Assembly (NCBI GenBank): GCA_011524535.1
Contig: WTKD01000006.1
Span: 168,262 to 232,261, forward strand
Length of the DNA: 64,000 bases
Direction: 5' to 3'
Source of the DNA: Spirochaetaceae bacterium
GTDB taxonomy: Bacteria > Spirochaetota > Spirochaetia > WTKD01
This document shows positions 31,226 through 40,704 of the stretch, piece by piece (position 1 is the stretch's first letter; the number at the start of each line of letters is the position of its first letter). The translations under genes were made by a program, and so were the position numbers. A model generated the notes under the pieces. That model had not been told where the DNA came from. It saw only the letters and a list, made by a program, of their open reading frames with translations, and made no database searches.

Positions 31226-32746
31226 ATGGTTGAAGGCATATTAAGTGGACTACAAGAGGCTTTTACAGGACTCAATATTCTCATGGTTATTGTTGGATGT
31301 TTTGCCGGAACATTTATAGGTATGTTGCCTGGACTTGGTCCAATTTCGGCAATTGCGCTTATGATCCCGATAACGTATGGATTTCCTCCTGCAACAGCTC
31401 TTATTCTTATGGCTGGCGTGTATTATGGAGCGGTTTTTGGAGGGTCTACGTCTTCTATTCTTATCAATGCGCCAGGAGTTTCCAGCACGGTAGCAACTAC
31501 TTTTGATGGATATCCGATGAGTCAAAAAGGCTACGCGGGTCGTGCATTGGCGATTGCTGCATATTGTTCGTTTACCGGTGGAACTGTGGGCGCCGTTTTT
31601 TTACTCATTGCAGCTCCGTTATTAGCACAGCTTGCATTAACCTTCCAGTCATCTGATTATTTTGCCTTGATGTTGATGGGGCTCACTGCAATTTCTGCAT
31701 TTACGAGCAAAGAAACGGTGTTTAAGTCTATACTCATGGCCGTATTTGGCATCATGCTTTCTACTATTGGCACCGACTTGGCAAGCGGAGTGCAACGTTT
31801 CACCTTCGGTAGTATACATTTGGTTGATGGACTCTCTTTCATCATGATAGTTATGGCTATCTTTGCTCTTTCGGAATCCCTTTTGGGGATTCTTCGTTCT
31901 GACAACTCTGCAAAAGATGCAGCCGATGCTATATCAACCCAAAAGATTAGTAGCTTACGTTTGGGCAAGGGAACCCTTAAAAAACTCATTCCAACAATGT
32001 TGCGTTCCTCTGTTCTTGGTTTTTTTGTAGGTGTTTTGCCAGGCGCAGGCGCAACCATCGCCTCTTTCCTTGCGTATGGGGTAGAGCAAAATCTAGCAAG
32101 CCCAGAAGATAAAAAAGAATTTGGTAAGGGAAGCCCTATTGGTTTGGCGGCTCCAGAAACAGCAAATAATGCAGCAAGTTCTGGATCTTTTGTTCCTCTT
32201 CTGACATTGGGCATACCAGGGTCGGGGACCACCGCGGTAATTTTGGGTGCTTTGATTAGTTATGGCATACAGCCGGGTCCGCGTTTATTCGTTGAGCAGC
32301 CAGCGATTTTTTGGTCCGTTATTGTTTCTATGTATATTGGAAACCTAATTTTGCTCGTTTTAAATTTACCCCTTATCCCTTTTATATCTCGTTTATTGAT
32401 GATAAAGAAAGAAATACTGGTTCCTTTGATTTTGTTTTTTTCACTTATTGGGGTCTATCTTGTTTCTTTCAACAATGTCGATATCTTTTTCATGGTAGGC
32501 TTGGCTATCCTAGCTGTCTTTCTGAACTTTGCCTCTTTTCCACTCCCTCCCTTGATATTGGGGTTCATTTTGGGAGGACCTTTAGAAGAAAATCTCAGAA
32601 GAGCTTTGATTATAAACAAGGGCTCATTCTCCTTTTTATGGGAGCGCCCTATTTCCCTTACGTTGTTTATTTTGACACTCTTTTTCTTGTTTCTTCCGTT
32701 TATTCGTCGCTTAATTGCGTTCCTAAGACAGCGAGTAAAGAACTAA
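31226..32746 (+). CDS. tctA: Tripartite tricarboxylate transporter large permease
   Basis: GMLPGLG, GGSTSSILINAPG, PETANNA and LTLGIPGS motifs. Confidence 0.95.
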   Translation: MVEGILSGLQEAFTGLNILMVIVGCFAGTFIGMLPGLGPISAIALMIPITYGFPPATALILMAGVYYGAVFGGSTSSILINAPGVSSTVATTFDGYPMSQKGYAGRALAIAAYCSFTGGTVGAVFLLIAAPLLAQLALTFQSSDYFALMLMGLTAISAFTSKETVFKSILMAVFGIMLSTIGTDLASGVQRFTFGSIHLVDGLSFIMIVMAIFALSESLLGILRSDNSAKDAADAISTQKISSLRLGKGTLKKLIPTMLRSSVLGFFVGVLPGAGATIASFLAYGVEQNLASPEDKKEFGKGSPIGLAAPETANNAASSGSFVPLLTLGIPGSGTTAVILGALISYGIQPGPRLFVEQPAIFWSVIVSMYIGNLILLVLNLPLIPFISRLLMIKKEILVPLILFFSLIGVYLVSFNNVDIFFMVGLAILAVFLNFASFPLPPLILGFILGGPLEENLRRALIINKGSFSFLWERPISLTLFILTLFFLFLPFIRRLIAFLRQRVKN

Positions 32747-32747
32747 A

Positions 32748-34430
32748 CTACTTTGTACGCATCTTTTCTATACCGTTCCAGCTTTTTCGAGGTGGTGTAA
32801 CAAGGTATTTTTCAGCTCGTGTGAGGAAGATATCTATCAAAATATCGTCCGGTGCGATCGTTTTTGCCTTTTTTAGATTCTTTATGGTTTCTGAAAATTC
32901 CTGTTGGTAATAATGCGTAAGACCTGAATGATAGTGTTTCCAGACCTCTTCGGTTTCTTTATCTATTGATTTTTGGGTTGTGTAGATTCGTTCACCTTGG
33001 GTTTTACCCTTTACCTGCACTATATCAACCATTCGGCATGGATATATATCCTTTATTCTCTCAAATACCGAATCGGAGAACAAAAGAGGGGTCCCATATA
33101 GTTTCGTAAGCGATTCAAGACGGGCTCCTAGGTTAACGGTGTCTCCTATAACCGTATAGTCCATCTTTTTCTCACTTCCAATGTTTCCAACCGTTACCTT
33201 TCCATAGACAATTCCCATGCCCGTTATAAACTGAGGAGCTTTACTTTGTTTTTGGTGGGTATTAAACTTTTCAAGAGCTTCTTGCATGTTCAACGCGGCT
33301 GTAATAGCGTTCTTAGGTGAGTTTTCTAAGTGGTTTGGGGCGCCAAATATTGCCATAATTGCATCGCCAATGTATTTATCAATAATTCCCTCTTCTGCCA
33401 TGATGATATCAACCATTGTGCCATAATAGCTATTCAAAGAGGTGACCAATTCTTCTGGGGGCAATGATTCAGAAATGGTTGTAAAACTTCGAATATCGGT
33501 GAACATCACGCTAAGATCCCTGTTTTCACCGATAAGCATTTTTTCTGGATTTTCAAAGATGCTATCTATGACATTGCTCGGAACATATTTCTGAAAGATG
33601 TTTCTTACTTTTGATTCATTCCTCTTGGCTATTACAGCATTCAAGGCATAGTTCTTTATTTGTGAATATGCTTTGTCCAATTCCTCGGTCATCACGTTGA
33701 ATGTGTGTGCCATTTGACCAAATTCATCATTTTCCTGTACTTCTATTTTTGTTGAAAGGTCATTGTTACGTATAATCGAAAGCATTGCCGCGACGGTGTT
33801 TCTTAACGGTCTGATCGTGTATTCAATAAATATCAAAGAGAGGATAAGCATTGCGGAAAGTGAGATCATAGTGATGATACCCGCCTGGGTGGTTATCTCT
33901 TGTGCGTCTGCGTAAAATGTGTTGTACTCCTCTGAAACAACTATCAACCAATTGAGGGGCATGAATTTAAAGACCTGGGCAGTTCTTCTCTTGCCCTCCA
34001 ACATTATTTCTTGCCATCCGACATTCTCTTCGGTATATTTCAGTCCTAAGTCATTTAGAACTTCTTCGGAGAGAGAGGAGTCAGGATAGGTGGAAAAAGC
34101 AACGGTCGTTTCGTTCTCGGAAACTTCAAAGGCATAAATTACCTCGGTGTCGTTTTGGAGTAGGGTGTTAGCATACGAAGCGATGGCCAGCTCTGCAGCC
34201 CCCACAAAGTCTTCATCGTTTGTAAAACCGTTTTTTTCGAGAATATCCCATTGGTTTTGGGCATATTTGTTTAATTCCAATGCTTTAAAAGCAAGCGCAT
34301 CAATCGCAACTCGTGTAATTCCATTTCTTGCGGATACGGAGGCAAAAAAGGTTATGACCACGGTTGTAGCCATTTGTAGAGGGATAATAACCAGTAGTAG
34401 TTTCCACTTTATACTTATTTGGCGTTTCAT
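32748..34430 (-). CDS. Membrane class III adenylate cyclase (2 TM, periplasmic domain, HAMP, cyclase, TPR-like tail)
   Basis: FTDIRSFT, DKYIGDAIM and DYTVIGDTVNLGARLE; K and D specificity residues indicate ATP. Confidence 0.92.
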   Translation of the reverse strand: MKRQISIKWKLLLVIIPLQMATTVVITFFASVSARNGITRVAIDALAFKALELNKYAQNQWDILEKNGFTNDEDFVGAAELAIASYANTLLQNDTEVIYAFEVSENETTVAFSTYPDSSLSEEVLNDLGLKYTEENVGWQEIMLEGKRRTAQVFKFMPLNWLIVVSEEYNTFYADAQEITTQAGIITMISLSAMLILSLIFIEYTIRPLRNTVAAMLSIIRNNDLSTKIEVQENDEFGQMAHTFNVMTEELDKAYSQIKNYALNAVIAKRNESKVRNIFQKYVPSNVIDSIFENPEKMLIGENRDLSVMFTDIRSFTTISESLPPEELVTSLNSYYGTMVDIIMAEEGIIDKYIGDAIMAIFGAPNHLENSPKNAITAALNMQEALEKFNTHQKQSKAPQFITGMGIVYGKVTVGNIGSEKKMDYTVIGDTVNLGARLESLTKLYGTPLLFSDSVFERIKDIYPCRMVDIVQVKGKTQGERIYTTQKSIDKETEEVWKHYHSGLTHYYQQEFSETIKNLKKAKTIAPDDILIDIFLTRAEKYLVTPPRKSWNGIEKMRTK

Positions 34431-34492
34431 GTTGTATTATGGTATACAATTTTGATTATCTGAGCTATATTCAAAAGAAGAGAGTATTGCGC

Positions 34493-36352
34493 ATGACCAG
34501 TAGCAATGGCCCAGACAAAGATATTTTTTCTGCAGAACTGACGAAGAACATAGGTTTTTCTAATGATGAGATGCAGGACATTCAGAGTGAAATAGATAAT
34601 ATGGTTCAGTCAAATAAATTGACGGTGGAACCAGACTACCTAAAGCCTTCACCAAGTCGTTCAGGTCTTCGGTTTCCTTTAATTTTGAATGGAATCCTAT
34701 TCGCGGTTCTTGGGGTGGTTTTTGGAGTTTTTTTTGCTCTAACCAACAACAGACAGGATATGCTTGTCCAAGAAGCCCAAACCTTCGTTTCAACCGAAGC
34801 GCAGTTGATTAAAGAGTTAGTACGTCAGTCAGAACGAGAACTTGCTGATCGAGAAGCCCAAATATCTTCAATTCAAGGAGAACTGAGCGAGATTAGTAGT
34901 GCTTTGCAACTTCTCGAACAAGATTTTGATTCACAAGTGCAATCTCGCCGAGCAACCTTGCAGGCGGAATTTGAAGCGACCCTTGAGGCCCAGCGTGAAC
35001 AATTGGAAAGCGAAAATTATACTTCTGAGGAAGTACAGACGTTGTTGAATGAACTCCAGGGTCAAGCCCAAGAGAGAATAGAAAACGAAATAGCTTTATT
35101 TGAGAGCCAATTGGCGCTCGAAACAAGAGTAAGAGAAACAGAACTTGTGAAACTTCGCACAAGTCTGGAGGAGGATCTGGCTAGTGGGCAGTCACAAATT
35201 ACTCAGCTACAGTCATCATTGGCTCGAAGTGAAGAAGAATTGCTTGAGGCTGTTGCCTCAGGTGAGGAAACCATTTCCGAACTCGAGACACAGTTAGCTA
35301 TTAATTCGGGGCTTGAAGAAGAATACCTTTCACTCTTAGACCAGCAGGAAAGCGAAGCGGTGCTAGTAGCACAAGTGGATGCTGCCTACCAAGAGGTTTT
35401 TAATTTAATTACGGCTGGATCATTTGGAGCAAGCCAAGCAAGACTTTCACGTCTTGAAGCTTTGGTTCGTGGAATTGATAATTCTACAAACTACACTAGA
35501 GGGGATTTGGATATTAGAACGATCCAAATAATACGCGAATATGTTGATCTTGAAGAAGTGAACAGACAACAACAAGAAGAATTGATTAATGTAACGGCTG
35601 TAGCAGAAGATTTAGCTACTGCAAACCAACCCCTTATAGAGAGATTTCTCACCCTCCAGCGTGAATACCAGGATGCGGTAAATAGATCACAGAGTTTTCA
35701 AGACCCAGCTCAGGCAAAACAGGCCTTGCTTTCTGTGTTTAACGAGTACGAGGAAGAATTCCCCAATTTTTTGCGAATAGTTTCTAGTTTTGATGAAGCC
35801 ATTGTAGATGGTATTGCGAGTACCAATCAACGAACAATTACTACCTTAGAAGCGAGAGCAAGAGCCCAAGAAGCAGCAGTAGAGCGAGAAGTCGGTCGTC
35901 AAGCTCGAAACGAGGCAATTAGCGATTCTTATGACGTTGTGCAGGCTGCACTTGGAGATCCAGAAAAGCAAGGAGAATCTCGAGCACTGTTGAACAGCGA
36001 TAGCACCTTGTCTACTATATACGAACTTATTCAAGAGGCCTTGAGTGCGGAAACGATTGTAAGTTCTTCTTCGGGGCAGGGGGCAAGAAACCCATCTATT
36101 CCTCAAGTAGAGCTACCCTTTATTGGAAATGTTACAGGCACATTTGGAAGACGTGAATTTACATTCAATAACATTGCGGGTGTAGCCATTCGATTGGGGA
36201 CAGAAGTCACCGTATATAGGAATTTTAATTCATCTGCTCAGCTTATTGGGCGTGCGGTGGTCAATCGCACCGATAAGGACCAGGTTCAGGCCGTTCTTCG
36301 AAATGGAGAGGGCTCTGTGTCGCAGGGAGATAGCATTTTTCTCTCCAGATAA
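34493..36352 (+). CDS. Single-TM long coiled-coil protein with C-terminal beta domain
   Basis: Short acidic N-terminus, one TM helix, ~400 aa E/Q/L-rich heptads. Start ATG 34493 preferred over 34439, which abuts the cyclase start. Confidence 0.8.
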   Translation: MTSSNGPDKDIFSAELTKNIGFSNDEMQDIQSEIDNMVQSNKLTVEPDYLKPSPSRSGLRFPLILNGILFAVLGVVFGVFFALTNNRQDMLVQEAQTFVSTEAQLIKELVRQSERELADREAQISSIQGELSEISSALQLLEQDFDSQVQSRRATLQAEFEATLEAQREQLESENYTSEEVQTLLNELQGQAQERIENEIALFESQLALETRVRETELVKLRTSLEEDLASGQSQITQLQSSLARSEEELLEAVASGEETISELETQLAINSGLEEEYLSLLDQQESEAVLVAQVDAAYQEVFNLITAGSFGASQARLSRLEALVRGIDNSTNYTRGDLDIRTIQIIREYVDLEEVNRQQQEELINVTAVAEDLATANQPLIERFLTLQREYQDAVNRSQSFQDPAQAKQALLSVFNEYEEEFPNFLRIVSSFDEAIVDGIASTNQRTITTLEARARAQEAAVEREVGRQARNEAISDSYDVVQAALGDPEKQGESRALLNSDSTLSTIYELIQEALSAETIVSSSSGQGARNPSIPQVELPFIGNVTGTFGRREFTFNNIAGVAIRLGTEVTVYRNFNSSAQLIGRAVVNRTDKDQVQAVLRNGEGSVSQGDSIFLSR

Positions 36353-36860
36353 GTATATATTTCGCATTTTTACTGGGGTATTTCTTTTTTTCTGTATAGT
36401 GGAGGCATATGCTGAATCCATCTCTTTCTCGGTATGGTCGTATGAATACACTCCTGTAACCAATCCAGAACAGACATTATTAATCATATCAGAACCAAGC
36501 CTGTACAAGCGTAAGCTTATTGATTATATCGTGGACCAATTTGAATCTGATGATCTAGGTCTTGAAGAAGTGAAAATCATACCTGAGGAACAGGCATATC
36601 TGTATAAAGAAATCTTCTTTGGGGCGGTGCTTTATATGACCAGTTGGAACAAAGGGGATTCTTCATATCTTTCATTGTGGAAAGAAAGTAATTCTACAAT
36701 CGATGTATTACTCTATACAAAACTTAATCCTTATGAAGAGAAGGAAGCTGCCAGTATACCGATTGATGCAATTACCACCGCTTCAAAGCTTGAAAACATA
36801 GATTCTGTTACGGATGATATCTTTAGCGCATTGAAAAAATCTGTTAAACTGCACAAATGA
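36303..36860 (+). CDS. Hypothetical exported alpha/beta (possibly flavodoxin-like) protein
   Basis: Signal-like segment ending VEAYA; LLII..S.YK and DAITTAS patterns; start uncertain. Confidence 0.6.
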   Translation: MERALCRREIAFFSPDKYIFRIFTGVFLFFCIVEAYAESISFSVWSYEYTPVTNPEQTLLIISEPSLYKRKLIDYIVDQFESDDLGLEEVKIIPEEQAYLYKEIFFGAVLYMTSWNKGDSSYLSLWKESNSTIDVLLYTKLNPYEEKEAASIPIDAITTASKLENIDSVTDDIFSALKKSVKLHK

Positions 36861-38071
36861 CTCGAATAGCAATTTTCTCCGTGGTGTTAATACTTTTTTT
36901 TGAAGTGAGCTCGGTACATGCTGGAGGAAGTCCTTCATTCGATGAAGACGTTCTTGCCCCTTCTTCAAACACAATTCCAAGAGGAGACTGGTATGTTTCT
37001 GATGCGTTTTCTGCTGAGTATAAAGGGCTACTCGATCCTTTTCTGGAAAGTTATACGGATGTTTCTCTCTTTCCATATCATTCTGGTGTAGAAACGAGCG
37101 AAACAGCATCAGCCTCAGAAGAAACCTTAGACCTCATCTACAGCAGTAATACCAAAGTGCAAAATGGCAACTACGCCAAAGATCTAACAGATGTATATTT
37201 GCTATATGCCAACACACTAAGATTGTCCGAGGTGATTTTGTTATCTATCGGTGATGAAGAAGGAATATATGCGCTCCCATTCGGAGTCCAGGTTGTGAAT
37301 TCTTGGTTTGCTTCCGATCTCGATCAAGATGTGGCAAATGATTGGGAACTATTTCTTGAAATTGCAAAGACGAGGGCAGAAGGAAATCAAAAAACGCTGC
37401 ATATTGATGGGAAAAGAAGTTTACTTGGACTGTGGGAATCTGTTGTTCTGGGAGAAATTGGGAATACGGATTATACAAGCCTAGTACATAACTTTCTGAA
37501 TGCCACTGAAGTTGAAAATTCCGACTTCGTGAACAAATTTCTATCAGCGAATCGTATGTTTTTTAGAATATTAGAATTCTCAGATATTGGGGAAGAAGGA
37601 ACTGCTCCTCAATTGCCCTTCATATACTCGACAGACCCTTCATATAATTTTTCTAGTCAGATGGATGGAGACTATGTTCGTCAGGCTCTTCCAAAAACAA
37701 GCGGATACGCACTGCTTAGGATGACATTCTTACAAGTTAATCAGCAGTCCAGCGCTGATGATATAAATAGCGAATGGTTTCGATATATAAGCAGTCAGGA
37801 ACAACTCAATAAGCGTGTTGAGTATTTTCGTCTCATGCAAAAATTGTATATTAGCCCTCAGTTGAATAACCCGGCCTCTATGGACCCGGTGACCATCTTT
37901 GATGCAGGTCAGTTTAACAATGCTCTGCACGTTCCGAGTATTCTACACGGTGAGAATGTAATTGTGGAGCACAATTTTGAACAGCTATTATTCGATGTAG
38001 TCGCCATGGAAATTTCCGAAGAATCTTTCTTGGATCGAATTGGGGTATTTTTCCTACAAAACAATGATTGA
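36857..38071 (+). CDS. Divergent extracellular solute-binding-protein-like protein
   Basis: Signal peptide VHA-GGS. 'GIYALPF' and 'DWELFLEIAK' resemble family-1 sugar SBPs. ATGA overlap with the previous gene. Confidence 0.6.
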   Translation: MTRIAIFSVVLILFFEVSSVHAGGSPSFDEDVLAPSSNTIPRGDWYVSDAFSAEYKGLLDPFLESYTDVSLFPYHSGVETSETASASEETLDLIYSSNTKVQNGNYAKDLTDVYLLYANTLRLSEVILLSIGDEEGIYALPFGVQVVNSWFASDLDQDVANDWELFLEIAKTRAEGNQKTLHIDGKRSLLGLWESVVLGEIGNTDYTSLVHNFLNATEVENSDFVNKFLSANRMFFRILEFSDIGEEGTAPQLPFIYSTDPSYNFSSQMDGDYVRQALPKTSGYALLRMTFLQVNQQSSADDINSEWFRYISSQEQLNKRVEYFRLMQKLYISPQLNNPASMDPVTIFDAGQFNNALHVPSILHGENVIVEHNFEQLLFDVVAMEISEESFLDRIGVFFLQNND

Positions 38072-38177
38072 TCGTACTCAGTCGAATGCCTGAGCCGAGA
38101 TAAAAATATCGCCTAATTGCATAGTTTCTTATAATATAATTTCTTATATTTTTTTTTGAACTTCCGATTTTGTACGT

Positions 38178-40661
38178 ATGAGTTCTTCTGTGTTGGTGCA
38201 GCGTGCGAAATTAGTAGTATGGCTTGGAATACTTGCATGTGGGGCATATATTGCATTTGCAATTATCCCATACGTATTGTTCAACACAGGTACCCTTGAA
38301 TTTGCAAGTAAGCCATCGCATTTTTTGGGAGGTCTATTGTTCAATGCACTTTCGTATATGTCAATAGGCGTCCCATTTTATTTTCTATGTGCAGCGATTT
38401 TACTTTTTCGGCGAAATGTCACCCTTCGACTAATCATCGGATGGACAGCCTCTATTGTCCCCTATGTTTGTTTTGGTATTTCTATACAAGGAATAGCCTC
38501 TGGAGCCAATTTTATCGAATCTGGACTGACTATTTTTTTTGCTGTTATTAGTTTTATAGGTTGGCTCTGGCTTGTGTCTACCATTCCTGGATTGGTTAAG
38601 ATACATGGGGTATTCCGACGTGATCAGGATGATGCTAGTGGGCAAAGTCCAACGAATTTTCTTGAGGCGAAAGGTTTTTCTCAGCATGTTTCTGAACATC
38701 AACCGGTGCAGGTTGTGGCTGCCACTGAGGCAATTCATGATATTGAGGAGGACAATAGATCCTTGGTCCATTTGGTAAAAAGAAATATTGCAAATTTGTT
38801 TAAAGATGATATTGAATCCAGTTCAGACTTTTCTTCTGAAGAAACGAAAATAGTAGAGGAAAAAGACATCACGATAGATGATTTTGATAGGGAAATCGAC
38901 GAAATTCCAGAATCTCATTATGAAGCTGATCAAATGGACGACGAAGAGTTTGTTTCTCTTCATTATCCAGACATAAATTCCGCAGAATTATTGGAATTAG
39001 ATTCCAAGCAGTCAGATTATATTAAAATTCTTGAACAATCTAGCGGAGGTAGAGCAATACAGTCTGAACCTGAAATCTCTACGTCCGGTGATGATCATGA
39101 TGCGGATGATTATACCCTATTGAGGGATGAAACACAGGACAACGAATACGAAGATTCGGAGTATGGATTTGACCTTGCGGGAGATAGTGAAGAAGAAATT
39201 TCAGCGAGACCCCTACAAAAAAAGGAATCATTTCGAAATATTCGTAGAGAGGGTGAATATGTGATTCCAACAACAGGTGTGTTAACTTTTGGATCCTATT
39301 CAGAACCAAATGATAACATCGAAGCCATGCAAGATAACGCACAGCGTCTTATCGATACCCTAAAAGAGTTCGGTATTCCAGCTGAAGTATCAAATATACA
39401 GAGAGGATCGACGATTACTCGGTTTGAAGTCATTCCGGCGCGTGGAATAAAACTTAGCAAAATTAGTGCTATTGCAGACAATATTGCGTTACGTTTGGCT
39501 GCACATCGAGTTCGAATAGTGGCCCCTATTCCCGGAAAAGAAGCGGTTGGAATTGAAATTCCAAATAAACATAGAAGAACGGTGTGGTTTGGGGACATTG
39601 TTGAAGAAAGTGAACGTTTTTGGGATGCATCCATGAATATTCCCATAGTTCTGGGCGAAGGCTTAACGGGGGAAGACTGCGTTATAGATTTGACCAGTAC
39701 CCCGCACTTGCTTATTGCAGGTGCAACGGGGAGTGGTAAATCGGTATGTGTAAATACACTTATATGTTCCATTCTCTACCGATGTGCCCCCGAGGATGTA
39801 CGTTTAATCCTGATTGATCCCAAGATTGTTGAATTGAGTTTTTATAATGACATACCACATTTACTAACACCGGTGATTACCGACACAAAAGATGCCCAAC
39901 GAGTTCTTCAATATTGTTTATCACTGATGGAAGAGCGGTATAGCAAATTTGAGCGTACTGGTGTTCGAGATATCGTTTCATTTAATCAAGAAATGAAAGA
40001 TACTGGGCGTGAAGAAGAAAAACTCTCCTATGTTGCGGTAATCATTGATGAATTTGCTGACCTTATGGCAGGGTCTAGTAAAGAAACAGAAATATTGGTT
40101 TCCCGTTTAATGGCTATGTCTCGAGCCGTTGGTATGCATTTTGTGTTGGCGACACAAAGACCATCGACAGACATCATAACTGGGCTAATAAAATCGAATG
40201 TGCCCTCACGCATAGCCTTCATGGTTTCTAGCAAAATCGATTCTCGTATTATCATTGATTCTGGAGGAGCAGAATCGCTGTTGGGGCGGGGTGATATGTT
40301 GTTTTCTTCGTCTTGGGAACCGGGTCCAGAAAGAATCCAAGCTTCTTTTCTTAGTGAAGAAGATGTACGCAGAGTGGTTACCGAAGTAAAACGGTATGGC
40401 GAAGCAAACTATATTGATGAGTGTTTGTTTGATGAGGAGGCGGAGGAGGCAATTGGAGAATTTCCTGAAGATGAAGACCCACTGCTGAAAGATGCGATAA
40501 ATTTGGTCGTTCAACAACAAAAAGCCTCTACCTCATACTTACAGCGTAGATTTAAGATAGGGTACAATCGAGCAGCCCGGCTTATTGATGAAATGGAAAA
40601 AAAGAGAATAATCGGACCTATAAACGGGGCTAAACCAAGGGAAATATTAGTCAAACAGTAG
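38178..40661 (+). CDS. ftsK: DNA translocase FtsK
   Basis: N-terminal TMs, acidic linker, PHLLIAGATGSGKS, ATQRPS and gamma domain LQRRFKIGYNRAARL. Confidence 0.96.
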   Translation: MSSSVLVQRAKLVVWLGILACGAYIAFAIIPYVLFNTGTLEFASKPSHFLGGLLFNALSYMSIGVPFYFLCAAILLFRRNVTLRLIIGWTASIVPYVCFGISIQGIASGANFIESGLTIFFAVISFIGWLWLVSTIPGLVKIHGVFRRDQDDASGQSPTNFLEAKGFSQHVSEHQPVQVVAATEAIHDIEEDNRSLVHLVKRNIANLFKDDIESSSDFSSEETKIVEEKDITIDDFDREIDEIPESHYEADQMDDEEFVSLHYPDINSAELLELDSKQSDYIKILEQSSGGRAIQSEPEISTSGDDHDADDYTLLRDETQDNEYEDSEYGFDLAGDSEEEISARPLQKKESFRNIRREGEYVIPTTGVLTFGSYSEPNDNIEAMQDNAQRLIDTLKEFGIPAEVSNIQRGSTITRFEVIPARGIKLSKISAIADNIALRLAAHRVRIVAPIPGKEAVGIEIPNKHRRTVWFGDIVEESERFWDASMNIPIVLGEGLTGEDCVIDLTSTPHLLIAGATGSGKSVCVNTLICSILYRCAPEDVRLILIDPKIVELSFYNDIPHLLTPVITDTKDAQRVLQYCLSLMEERYSKFERTGVRDIVSFNQEMKDTGREEEKLSYVAVIIDEFADLMAGSSKETEILVSRLMAMSRAVGMHFVLATQRPSTDIITGLIKSNVPSRIAFMVSSKIDSRIIIDSGGAESLLGRGDMLFSSSWEPGPERIQASFLSEEDVRRVVTEVKRYGEANYIDECLFDEEAEEAIGEFPEDEDPLLKDAINLVVQQQKASTSYLQRRFKIGYNRAARLIDEMEKKRIIGPINGAKPREILVKQ

Positions 40662-40669
40662 AATTAATA

Positions 40670-40698
40670 TTTACATTCGTTTACCTTTTCTATAGAGT
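40670..40698 (+). promoter_or_regulatory. Sigma70 promoter TTTACA-N17-TAGAGT, 6 nt before ATG (leaderless)
   Basis: Read directly; no SD. Confidence 0.62.
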
Positions 40699-40704
40699 AT
40701 CGGT

